DNA of 64,000 bases from a virus. Lineage: Duplodnaviria > Caudoviricetes. Shown here in pieces: positions 48,026 to 56,552 of this stretch (the stretch's first letter is position 1; each line of letters opens with the position of its first letter). Both the position numbers and the translations under genes were made by a program. Below the pieces are notes generated by a model. That model saw only the letters and a list, made by a program, of their open reading frames with translations, was not told where the DNA came from and did no database searches. Location: the IMG/VR virus record IMGVR_UViG_2531839301_000007, positions 14,596 through 78,595 of that record; one strand, 5' to 3'.

Positions 48026-48429
48026 TTCAGTTTACCAAACTGTTTATCAAGTTCATATTGGAAGAAGCCTAAAGCCTCTTCATACTCTTTTCCTTCAATA
48101 TTAGAAAAATACATGGCACTACTAAAGGCTTTAAGTGCAGCTTCCTTTCCTTTCTTTATGTAATATTCAGCTTTTACAACCGCCTTTCTTTCAGTCTCTT
48201 CTTTTTGAAATTGTAGATGTCGGTCAATGGCACTACGTCCCCATTGGAATAGCTCTTCTTTATCTCCAAAAGTTTTTGATTCTTGCCAAACGATACGTTT
48301 TTCAGAAGAAAAAGCGTAAGCGGATATTCCTTTGTGTTTTTGTACGTGTACAACAATATCAAAACCTTTGTATTCTTCTTGCCAGCCGTAACCACCAAGA
48401 GAGAAAGGAAACTCATTTTTTTCGATCAT
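48022..48429 (-). CDS. Phage hypothetical protein
   Basis: 135 aa coupled ORF. Confidence 0.6.
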   Translation of the reverse strand: MIEKNEFPFSLGGYGWQEEYKGFDIVVHVQKHKGISAYAFSSEKRIVWQESKTFGDKEELFQWGRSAIDRHLQFQKEETERKAVVKAEYYIKKGKEAALKAFSSAMYFSNIEGKEYEEALGFFQYELDKQFGKLK

Positions 48430-49688
48430 AAAGCCTTAATGTTTATCAATGGTCGAATCGTATCAATTATATCAACGGTAGGTTCAATAAGCTCTTTGAT
48501 TTCATCCGTATTTTTGTATGCCATAGGACTTTCGTCTATTGTTCCTTCACATACGGATGTAGAATATACTTCAACCATTCTTTCTTTGAATGTCTCCATT
48601 GATAATTTCTCTTTGGCAAAAGACCGGGAGAATAAACGTCCGGCTCCATGTGGTGCAGAGTAATTCCAATCAGGATTTCCCTTACCGCGACAAAGTAATA
48701 TACCGTCAGCCATATTCATAGGAATAACTACTATTTCATTCTCATGTGCAGATATGGCACCTTTACGAATAATAAGGTCATCAAAGTTGATATAATTATG
48801 CACCGTTTCGATGGTAGACGAAGTTTTCCAGCCCAATGCATGGGAGATACGATTGATAATTGTCTGCCGATTTAATGAAGCGTATGTTTGCGCTATTGAC
48901 ATATCAAATAGATAATTATACATTGCAGTATCAGACAAATATCCATTTCTAATAGAAAATTCTTCTTTAATCCGTTTTATCTCTTCCTGAAGACGCTGTG
49001 GTGGAACAGTTTTCTTGATCTCTTCCAATTCCGAGGAAAAAGCCCTCTTGTCAAACTTCGCTAATTTGGCGTAATACTTACAAACTTTCACACCAAAGTT
49101 TCGAGAACCTGAATGAATAGTTAGATATATACAATTATTTGCATCTTTTCCTATCTCAATAAAGTGATTTCCACCACCCAAAGAGCCGATTGAATTGTAG
49201 AATACCTTTTCATTCATACCTACCTTTTTGCATAGTTTGGTTATATATGATTCATCGACATAAGGCGGCTCCGGGAACATCCCCTCTCGATGAAAAGATA
49301 GATTAATGTTTGCTTTGTCGAAGAATGACTGCTTTTCGGATTCTGTGATAGATTCACTATTAATGTCAAATCCCATTGGAACAACGTTTCTGATAGTTCT
49401 ATCAATCTCTTCAAAAGAAGATTCACTAACAACATTCAGAATCCTCACAAAAGCCATCCCGCAACCAATATCTACACCAATATGATTGGGGTTGATAAGC
49501 CCTGTAACTGGCATTGTGAAACCAATCACAATATCAACTCCCTGATGTGTGTCCGGCATAATCCGTACAGGAACATCTTTGGTAACTGGATTATCAAGAA
49601 TGTTTTGGATTGTGCCGATAGCAGCAGACTCTATTGTTTTTGCAAAAACCTTGCAGTCTTTTCCATATTTTCCTTTTAGTTCTATCAT
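48426..49688 (-). CDS. rtcB: RtcB-family RNA ligase
   Basis: MPDTH, VGVDIGCG-like HIGVDIGCG, GSLGGGNHF, HSGSR, HNY, HGAGR, DESPMAYK. Confidence 0.93.
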   Translation of the reverse strand: MIELKGKYGKDCKVFAKTIESAAIGTIQNILDNPVTKDVPVRIMPDTHQGVDIVIGFTMPVTGLINPNHIGVDIGCGMAFVRILNVVSESSFEEIDRTIRNVVPMGFDINSESITESEKQSFFDKANINLSFHREGMFPEPPYVDESYITKLCKKVGMNEKVFYNSIGSLGGGNHFIEIGKDANNCIYLTIHSGSRNFGVKVCKYYAKLAKFDKRAFSSELEEIKKTVPPQRLQEEIKRIKEEFSIRNGYLSDTAMYNYLFDMSIAQTYASLNRQTIINRISHALGWKTSSTIETVHNYINFDDLIIRKGAISAHENEIVVIPMNMADGILLCRGKGNPDWNYSAPHGAGRLFSRSFAKEKLSMETFKERMVEVYSTSVCEGTIDESPMAYKNTDEIKELIEPTVDIIDTIRPLINIKAL

Positions 49689-49690
49689 AG

Positions 49691-49900
49691 TTATATTTTT
49701 TCGTTGAGTTTATCTTGAAGTTCGTTTGCACAGTTCTTTGCGTAATCTGAATCGGCGTCCACAAATGACTTAATTGTTATCCAAATTAACATAATTCTCA
49801 CCTGTACTTTATACTTTGGGATAACGTACAAGTCTTCACATCCATATTTGTCAGCCATGATTGCATAGCATTTTACTGTTTTAATTCTGTACTTCTTCAT
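49691..49900 (-). CDS. Phage hypothetical protein
   Basis: 69 aa coupled ORF. Confidence 0.5.
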   Translation of the reverse strand: MKKYRIKTVKCYAIMADKYGCEDLYVIPKYKVQVRIMLIWITIKSFVDADSDYAKNCANELQDKLNEKI

Positions 49901-50180
49901 ACCCTTCTTGTTTTTGTGATTTCTCCTTCACCAATCGAAAAGCGTCTTCAGCCCCTTTCTCATAGCCTTTATAATATCCGGTTTTCTCTTTGTGATTTTC
50001 AACAGCACGCCATTGAGACGCACCAATACAAATAGAAAAACCGATAAGCATGACAATTGCTCCGATGCCAAATACTGGATTGTCCAGACTGAATTTCAGT
50101 GGTCTAAAAGAAATGTCCACGCCGGAAAGGGCTATAAATAATATGAATAGCCCGGCAATTAGTTTAATTATTTGTTCCAT
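49881..50180 (-). CDS. Small membrane protein
   Basis: Two hydrophobic helices. Confidence 0.55.
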   Translation of the reverse strand: MEQIIKLIAGLFILFIALSGVDISFRPLKFSLDNPVFGIGAIVMLIGFSICIGASQWRAVENHKEKTGYYKGYEKGAEDAFRLVKEKSQKQEGYEEVQN

Positions 50181-50614
50181 AATGCTTCTTCTACTTTAAA
50201 TGTGAATGATAACAATGATTGGCATCCGCCTCTTAATTGAGTATGTCGGTTACAAACGCTTGCAGAACCACAATGGGAACAAAAAGCATTTTGTACCTTT
50301 TCAAGTGACTTTTCCGTACCTTCCTCAAATATTAGTTCTAATCCATAAATTTGTGCGGCATGGTATTCCAATAAACATCCGTTAGATTTCTCCCAGCCAC
50401 GGCAAAAGAAAACCGCTTGACATTCCAGTAATGCCATAATATCACGTCCCATGTAGTATGATATTGGCTTGTCCGGTTCCGGTGAGATTTCTAACGGGGA
50501 GATAGGTATGTATCCTTTTTGTTTGAGAGCCTTTTTTATCAGGTCTGACTTGCGCTTAACATATTGGTGTGGAATACCCGTTATTGGCAAACTGATATAA
50601 ACGCTCTTATTCAT
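50168..50614 (-). CDS. DUF4406 / nucleoside deoxyribosyltransferase-like protein
   Basis: VYISLPITG...WEKSNGCLLE; start at 50614 preferred. Confidence 0.75.
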   Translation of the reverse strand: MNKSVYISLPITGIPHQYVKRKSDLIKKALKQKGYIPISPLEISPEPDKPISYYMGRDIMALLECQAVFFCRGWEKSNGCLLEYHAAQIYGLELIFEEGTEKSLEKVQNAFCSHCGSASVCNRHTQLRGGCQSLLSFTFKVEEALWNK

Positions 50615-51200
50615 ACCTGAAAGATGTAAAATGAATGATAGCCATATCTTGTGAAGTATCGGCACCTTTGAACCATGCTGCCCAATCTTCAAAGGACAAT
50701 CCATCATTATGTGCAATTTCTTCCAATGTAAGATTTACTTTTATCTTGCCATCAACAGATATAGCTACACACTCTTTGTTATCCAGTTTATCTACGAATC
50801 TTATAATCTTCAATGGCTGTATTCCAACGCCATCATCTTTTGTCAGATTAAGAATAGTCGTTTGCTTACTCCGGTAGGGTTTTCCCGACCATTGTCGAAT
50901 AGATAATACCGCATTTCCTTCTTGTACTTCATTGATACGCTTCTCCCATAATTGGTAGTTTGTGCGTATCGTATGAATCTTTGGAAAATTCCACGGTATT
51001 CCGTTTTCAATTATTGCGTTTCGGGAACAACTTCTTCGGGTATTATCTTTCCCATCAAAAGAACAGTCCCACATGCAAGCATCACTTAAATTTCTTCCCA
51101 TGAGAAATTTACACCGAAATCGAGTTGGTTTTCCGACTTTTGGGTGCCCTTTCAAGAAGAAAGGTGAAAGAGTTATCACGTATGTTTTTATTTTGTCCAT
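50607..51200 (-). CDS. Hypothetical protein, possibly ASCH/PUA-like
   Basis: KIHTIRTNY, LSIRQWSGKPY, IAHNDGL. Confidence 0.6.
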   Translation of the reverse strand: MDKIKTYVITLSPFFLKGHPKVGKPTRFRCKFLMGRNLSDACMWDCSFDGKDNTRRSCSRNAIIENGIPWNFPKIHTIRTNYQLWEKRINEVQEGNAVLSIRQWSGKPYRSKQTTILNLTKDDGVGIQPLKIIRFVDKLDNKECVAISVDGKIKVNLTLEEIAHNDGLSFEDWAAWFKGADTSQDMAIIHFTSFRYE

Positions 51201-51258
51201 ACTATCAGAAATAAAAATGGCTGCAACTAACGCCGCAGCCATTGATTAGACATGCTTT

Positions 51259-51843
51259 TTATCTTTTCCCGATCAGAAAATCTCTCCATAATTCTTTGAA
51301 CTGATTTCCAAAGTATTTGGCTATTTCCTCTGATTTTACAGCAAGGCGAGAGCCGACAGACGCAGTCGAGACCGACCAAGCGTACTTCGAGTACGCACAC
51401 GCCAAGCCGCAGTACGCACCGTAATCCGCATTACCGCCCCAAAAGACAAGCTCTTTGCGTTTCTCTTCGTCCATGTCGTCAATCTCTTCTTGTGAATACA
51501 GATAATACCACGGGAACCAACGGTATTCGTTTTCAGTGAACCGAGGAAACTCCGGGTCATTGTTCAAAGCACGGGCAATCGTGGATAGCTTCACATAAGC
51601 GATATGTGCAATGTCAATCACCTCTTCTTTCTGCCCGTCTCCATATTCGATAAGTAGGCGGGAAACAGGTTTGATACCAAGTGCTTCACAAGCATCTTCA
51701 TAGGTTTTAATGTTATGAAAATCAGTATAATCCGGTTTCTGTTTACCGAAAAGATTAGTAAGAATGTTGATAGCAACTTCGCAACCGTCAGCGGACTTAA
51801 ACGCTTCAGTTACATTTTCTTGTTTAATTTCAATAGCTTTCAT
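51259..51843 (-). CDS. DGR target 2: small non-structural protein with VR at C-terminus
   Basis: Contains VR2 (ELVFWGGNADYGAYCGLACAYSKYAWSVSTASVGSRLA). Confidence 0.9.
   Translation of the reverse strand: MKAIEIKQENVTEAFKSADGCEVAINILTNLFGKQKPDYTDFHNIKTYEDACEALGIKPVSRLLIEYGDGQKEEVIDIAHIAYVKLSTIARALNNDPEFPRFTENEYRWFPWYYLYSQEEIDDMDEEKRKELVFWGGNADYGAYCGLACAYSKYAWSVSTASVGSRLAVKSEEIAKYFGNQFKELWRDFLIGKR
51340..51455 (-). repeat. DGR variable repeat VR2 (remote)
   Basis: 116 bp vs TR 35673-35788: 14 mismatches, 13 at TR adenines, one T>G. Confidence 0.95.
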
Positions 51844-51868
51844 AATTTACTGATTATTAAAATGTTAG

Positions 51869-52549
51869 TTATTTATTTTCTTCTTTTTGTATTTGACGAA
51901 CAATGAAAGGTTGGCTGACAAAAGACTTTTTTTCTCTCATTTTCTTAATAAGGTCTTCATGGAATTTCACTCTTTCAATCGCTTCTTCGTCTCCGGCTTC
52001 AGCAAGTTTATGCTGATTATCCCAAAATTCATCATAAGGACAACTGATTGAAGACTTATCATCTGCTTTATGAGCTTTGTTTTCGTTTATGATATTAAGT
52101 GAACAGAACTCGTCGCGTTCTGCATCATAATCATTAAGCCAGCCAATGATTATGTTCCCGTCCAATCTATCGTACACTTTGCCGGAGCACATTGCTCTGT
52201 GAAAGCAATATTTTATCTCTTCCAGTTTGAAATAATAAAACCTGTCTATAATCAAATCTGATGTAATTGCTACCTGAATATCATTCATTGTTTTTCCAAC
52301 ATTGAAAAACTGAACAACTTCAGAGATGGCTATTGCGACAATAGCTTGTGCCGCGTTTATATCACCATATTTAATTGTAGCAAGTTCGGAGATAGGTAAT
52401 TCCGGTGTATCAGTTAAAATGCTCTTAATCGAGGATTTTTGCAAACCCCTGTAATACGCCTTCGGAGAGGTCAGCAAGTCTTTCAACGCTTTCTTTACGG
52501 TTGCCGGGAGATTGGTTTTGGCTAATACTAAGTTGTGTTCCTGTTCCAT
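51869..52549 (-). CDS. Putative replication/helicase-loader-associated protein
   Basis: 226 aa next to replication-initiator-like gene; VYDRLDG motif. Confidence 0.55.
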   Translation of the reverse strand: MEQEHNLVLAKTNLPATVKKALKDLLTSPKAYYRGLQKSSIKSILTDTPELPISELATIKYGDINAAQAIVAIAISEVVQFFNVGKTMNDIQVAITSDLIIDRFYYFKLEEIKYCFHRAMCSGKVYDRLDGNIIIGWLNDYDAERDEFCSLNIINENKAHKADDKSSISCPYDEFWDNQHKLAEAGDEEAIERVKFHEDLIKKMREKKSFVSQPFIVRQIQKEENK

Positions 52550-52889
52550 TTTTTAGTTCAAATAAGCCAGCCCAGTTATTTGCGATGGATTGTTCTACGA
52601 CTGCCATTGCAATATTGGGATTGGTGTTTGACAATTCGAGTAGTTTATGGTAACATGCTTCTATCCCTGATTGGGTGTACGCTTGTTTCCGTTCTTGTTT
52701 GTATTTTACCCACCTTTCGATAATAGGTAAAAAATCTGCCGGGACAAATGATAAATCAAGTTCCTTTTTACGAGATTTACTTCTTTTTCCTGCATCGTAA
52801 CCAGCAAGCCATGATTGTTTGGCTACCTCTTGACAATCAGGATATGTTTTTGCATAATCCTCTGCCTTTTGTACTAAATCCTTTCCCAT
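52425..52889 (-). CDS. Replication-initiator-like C-terminal domain protein
   Basis: WVKYKQERK..Y.......VEQSIANNWAGLF. Confidence 0.55.
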   Translation of the reverse strand: MGKDLVQKAEDYAKTYPDCQEVAKQSWLAGYDAGKRSKSRKKELDLSFVPADFLPIIERWVKYKQERKQAYTQSGIEACYHKLLELSNTNPNIAMAVVEQSIANNWAGLFELKNGTGTQLSISQNQSPGNRKESVERLADLSEGVLQGFAKILD

Positions 52890-53413
52890 AACTTTCCTAC
52901 TCGTTTAAATTCTTCATCATGGGGAACCGGACAATCTTTTATCCAGATCATATCCTTTATCTGCCAATGGGATAGATTAATACTTTTAGGAATAAGAGCT
53001 TTCATATTAGCGAAGAGATTAAGACGAAGAGATTTATTCTTGACTGTTTCAGGGAATAGTCCGATTGCTCTATTCGCTTTTAGAAAAGATTCAATGTCTT
53101 TTTCCGAGTGTGGGGTATAAACAACTCCATCCACATAAGGAAGAATAGTCAGAATACCATCTGCAAGCGCAGTATATATAAAAACGCTTACCTCGTGGTT
53201 GTACGCTAACACATTGGAGTTTTTAATAGCATCCGATAAGATAGCTACTTGATCGGGAAACAGGAGTGGTTCACCACCAGTTATCATCACTTCTTTATAA
53301 TTGAAATGGTCTACTACCGGAAGTTTCGTGAAATCCCATGAATTATTGCAGCACATGGGACATTTATTGGGGCATTGGGTAGTTACCAGCAAACGTAATT
53401 TATCTTTTTCCAT
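52874..53413 (-). CDS. Small radical SAM protein
   Basis: CPNKCPMC (CxxxCxxC) and ITGGEP. Confidence 0.85.
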   Translation of the reverse strand: MEKDKLRLLVTTQCPNKCPMCCNNSWDFTKLPVVDHFNYKEVMITGGEPLLFPDQVAILSDAIKNSNVLAYNHEVSVFIYTALADGILTILPYVDGVVYTPHSEKDIESFLKANRAIGLFPETVKNKSLRLNLFANMKALIPKSINLSHWQIKDMIWIKDCPVPHDEEFKRVGKLWERI

Positions 53414-53682
53414 TACAGAGTGATTTTTTGTGTATATTGTAATTCTCCTGTATAGCCACGCGCTTTCAGTTCATCCATTAGATGCCGTGGAGTAAACTTT
53501 GCTAATTCAGGATTGGTAAAGACCTTCTTCAAATTGTTAGCTGAAGGTTTACTCCTTTTTTTGAAATATTCCTTGCCACAATCTTTGCAATAATCTTGCA
53601 ATCCATCTTCTTTTGAAGCATTTTTCCAAAATTCACTTACTGGAAGTTCTCTTCCACATTTGGGGCATTTTTTTGTTTCCAT
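53413..53682 (-). CDS. Zinc-finger protein
   Basis: KKCPKCG...YCKDC. Confidence 0.7.
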   Translation of the reverse strand: METKKCPKCGRELPVSEFWKNASKEDGLQDYCKDCGKEYFKKRSKPSANNLKKVFTNPELAKFTPRHLMDELKARGYTGELQYTQKITL

Positions 53683-53693
53683 GATTTTTATAA

Positions 53694-54158
53694 TTATAGT
53701 TTCTCTTTTATTCTTGCATATTCACAAATGAGAAGTGCATCACTGATAGCAAGAGTGATACTCTTTATGTATGGGAAGAGTTGTTGGGCTTTAGCTCGGA
53801 GCTTATTCTTCCATATCGTAGTACTATCATCACCTTTAGTTCCCAACTGCAATGCTTTCTGCCATATTTGAGGTGTAACAGTTACAGTAGGGATATCACA
53901 AGCAAGCAATGCCATTTCTAAATGTCCGTAACCTTTTCCAAAGTTGAACATTGCGGAGCCACCTTGCCCCGGCATACCACCTACTTTTTCAAGATAGCAA
54001 ATAGAGTCTTCTTTATGCTTTAGAAGAAATGATAGTACATCTTGCGGAGTGGAAGGCATTTTAATAACTTCTATCACATTAGATGATTCATTGGAGTAGA
54101 CTGCTATACCACCGTTTGTACCGGGGTCAATAGCAATGATTTTAGATTTTGCTTTCAT
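53694..54158 (-). CDS. RuvC-like Holliday junction resolvase
   Basis: IIAIDPG, YLEKV, FNFG, DALLI. Confidence 0.85.
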   Translation of the reverse strand: MKAKSKIIAIDPGTNGGIAVYSNESSNVIEVIKMPSTPQDVLSFLLKHKEDSICYLEKVGGMPGQGGSAMFNFGKGYGHLEMALLACDIPTVTVTPQIWQKALQLGTKGDDSTTIWKNKLRAKAQQLFPYIKSITLAISDALLICEYARIKEKL

Positions 54159-54336
54159 TATCTAATTTATTGATTATTATTTGTGAAAGACGAGCCTTAT
54201 TAGCTTCTCTAAGAGACTTGTTTTCTTTGTAATTGGCAAGTCTTATTTGCCGTGCATACTCTAACTCGGCTCGCATGTGTTTCAAGTCTGCTTTGGTAAA
54301 TAGTTTCTTTTTCATAATCATAATAGAAATGGGCAA
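54142..54336 (-). CDS. Small hypothetical protein
   Basis: Short ORF coupled to resolvase. Confidence 0.45.
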   Translation of the reverse strand: MPISIMIMKKKLFTKADLKHMRAELEYARQIRLANYKENKSLREANKARLSQIIINKLDNESKI

Positions 54337-54408
54337 CCTACTTTCACAAGCGAGTTACCCCAAGATTAAACAAATGTAATTTTAAGTGCAATATTTTTAT
54401 CGTAATTG

Positions 54409-54489
54409 TGGACGGTGCCGGAGTCGAACCAGCCTCACGGATATTGGTGCACCTCACCGTAGTTTCAGCCCACGATAACACAACCGCCC
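54409..54489 (-). ncRNA. tRNA-Ala-like RNA with 16-nt anticodon loop
   Basis: Acceptor GGGCGGT/ACCGTCC with G3:U70 and A73; T arm GCTGG TTCGACT CCGGC. Confidence 0.65.
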
Positions 54490-54533
54490 TTATTTCCCGG
54501 ATACCAAACCAATGGACACCGGGATTTTTATTA

Positions 54534-54653
54534 TCATTCAGCGATAATCGCAAGCTGACCGCAAGCGGCACCATTTTCAATCTCTGACTTTGTAGCTATT
54601 GCCACAGCATAGTCATACCCTAAATTTTCTAACTGTTCTTTAATTTCCTTCAT
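54534..54653 (-). CDS. 39-aa peptide carrying the RlmN-type catalytic AACGQL motif (not in ORF track)
   Basis: Hand translation MKEIKEQLENLGYDYAVAIATKSEIENGAACGQLAIIAE. Confidence 0.8.
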   Translation of the reverse strand: MKEIKEQLENLGYDYAVAIATKSEIENGAACGQLAIIAE

Positions 54654-54672
54654 AACTTTGTAAATTAATTGT

Positions 54673-55455
54673 TTATACTAAATTCACACCTTCAATAATA
54701 CCTTCTCCCAAATGATTTTTTTCAGAAATATTATTAGGGTTTATGGGAGATAGTTTTATGAAGAAGTGCTTTTTATCGAAATATTTCTGAAGTAACTCGG
54801 CATTAAAATCAGATTCATCTACCAGTGTAAGATTAATAGTCGTTTTTAGATTACTTTCAGTCCGTATTCGACCAAGTTCTTCAATAGACATCTTTGATGG
54901 ATATGGGATAAGCCAATTCCGTTTTTGTTCATCAAAACTATGTAGACTGATTTGTAGAGTGATATTATCTTTAATAAAAGAGAAATCACTTCCCTGTATT
55001 CCTATTGTTGAAATGTAATGGTGGGTATTGGGATATACCTTCGATATACGTTCAATAGCTTCCTTTACAGCCTCTATATTCAAAAAAGGTTCACCCATTC
55101 GAGTATAGTTTATTTTAAACTCTTTAGCACTTTCAGGATTAAAACCAGCCTTCTTTATAGCAAAAAAGACTTGTCCCACTATTTCATCGGCTGTTAGATT
55201 CCGATATTTCTTCATATTCCCAGTTGCACAAAATTTGCATCTCACAGGGCAACCGCTCATTGTAGATACTCCGATCATCCATCGTTCTGAACGATTACCT
55301 AAATTGGAATTATCCAAAGAGTTTTGTTTTCTTCCTATTGCATCTTTTGTATAAAATGGGAGAAAGGTATCAGTCGTTTCTACTAACATTCCATCTTCAA
55401 GTTGGAGGCAATACACAACTCCATTCTTGAAATTCTTTTGTTTTTTTATTTCCAT
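54673..55455 (-). CDS. RlmN/Cfr-like radical SAM RNA methyltransferase, N-terminal part
   Basis: SGCPVRCKFCATG, MGEP, ISLH, LSPINP; lacks terminal AACGQL. Confidence 0.85.
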   Translation of the reverse strand: MEIKKQKNFKNGVVYCLQLEDGMLVETTDTFLPFYTKDAIGRKQNSLDNSNLGNRSERWMIGVSTMSGCPVRCKFCATGNMKKYRNLTADEIVGQVFFAIKKAGFNPESAKEFKINYTRMGEPFLNIEAVKEAIERISKVYPNTHHYISTIGIQGSDFSFIKDNITLQISLHSFDEQKRNWLIPYPSKMSIEELGRIRTESNLKTTINLTLVDESDFNAELLQKYFDKKHFFIKLSPINPNNISEKNHLGEGIIEGVNLV

Positions 55456-55568
55456 AGGTATATATAAAAGTTCCCGGATAGGTTATCAAGCTACACCGGG
55501 AGATGCTATTATTAATCAAATAATGGGGCTTTCACCCAACGCCATTCCTTACGATAGCGGATTAGTTA

Positions 55569-55784
55569 TTATTTGAGGAACTTTGAGAATGTCTTGATTG
55601 AACTGTCATTGTCAGTTTTCAGAGATTGAAGTTCCTTGTTTTTTGCAGCTAAATTTTGCATTTGAGCCACATTATCATCCATCTCTGCCTGAATTTCAGC
55701 ATTTAGATTCTCCAAATCCGTTTTTGCTTTAGCGAAATCGGATAAGATACTTTCTCTTCGTTGTTTATAGTCCATAGAGCACAT
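55569..55784 (-). CDS. Small coiled-coil protein
   Basis: 71 aa coupled ORF. Confidence 0.55.
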   Translation of the reverse strand: MCSMDYKQRRESILSDFAKAKTDLENLNAEIQAEMDDNVAQMQNLAAKNKELQSLKTDNDSSIKTFSKFLK

Positions 55785-56530
55785 TATTGTTCAATGATTG
55801 GAATTTCAGGAGTCAATTCACGGATGATTTTCAACTGTTCGTCAATAGCTTTGTTTCGCTCTTGCTCAATTACGACTTCGGCACCGGGAGAGCAGAGAGA
55901 TAATCGAATATTTCTACCATCAACATCAGCGATGATTTCTACTTCGATCACTTCTGCGGAACGTCCTTTGAAAATAGGGATGTTGAGGTTGAAAGCCGCC
56001 GGAAGATTTGAGTTTACTACCTGACTGTAATTGTCAGTCCGGCTACCGTTATCTTCATTACTTCTTTCCAATTTGGAGTCAATACTTGCCTTAAAGTTCT
56101 TCAAGATAGAAACTAACTCCATGTTGTACGCTATATCTGTGAAGAAGGCGCGGTTCATTTTGATGAAGCGGGAAAGTTGTGCTGGTTCCCATGTCTTCTC
56201 AACAGAATTGATGCCAAATTCAACGAACTTCGGATACATGGCTAATGAACCTTGTACTTCTGCCTTGTTGCGTCCGTCAGTTTCATTTGTAATTAGCTTG
56301 ATTGTCATATTCTCGCGATTCACAAGAATATGGCAACGTTTCTGATTGATCTGTTCCGGTTCAGACTTTCTCTTTTTCAAGAACTCTGCAACGCTTCCAA
56401 TCGTGCCACTCAAACTGACTTTTAGTGGTTCCAAAACAGGAAGAACATTCTCTTTGTCCAGTTCAATAACTTTAATAGTTGCTTTCTCCATACCCGGAGC
56501 AAGGTTAATTTGCATTTTTTCGTTTTCCAT
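55784..56530 (-). CDS. Phage hypothetical protein
   Basis: 248 aa. Confidence 0.7.
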   Translation of the reverse strand: MENEKMQINLAPGMEKATIKVIELDKENVLPVLEPLKVSLSGTIGSVAEFLKKRKSEPEQINQKRCHILVNRENMTIKLITNETDGRNKAEVQGSLAMYPKFVEFGINSVEKTWEPAQLSRFIKMNRAFFTDIAYNMELVSILKNFKASIDSKLERSNEDNGSRTDNYSQVVNSNLPAAFNLNIPIFKGRSAEVIEVEIIADVDGRNIRLSLCSPGAEVVIEQERNKAIDEQLKIIRELTPEIPIIEQ

Positions 56531-56552
56531 TGTTGTTTAAAAATTAAAATGA

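Noticed and set aside
44127-53413. 7-deazaguanine or dZ DNA modification pathway
   Set aside because: Radical SAM and MazG are present, but no queC, queD, folE, dpdA or purZ is recognisable in the window.
54409-54489. tmRNA
   Set aside because: Shares alanine identity but is only 81 nt, with no tag ORF or pseudoknots between the arms.
54670-54675. Stop-codon reassignment to join the RlmN parts
   Set aside because: The peptide is in the +1 frame, so read-through cannot join them; all other genes use the standard code.
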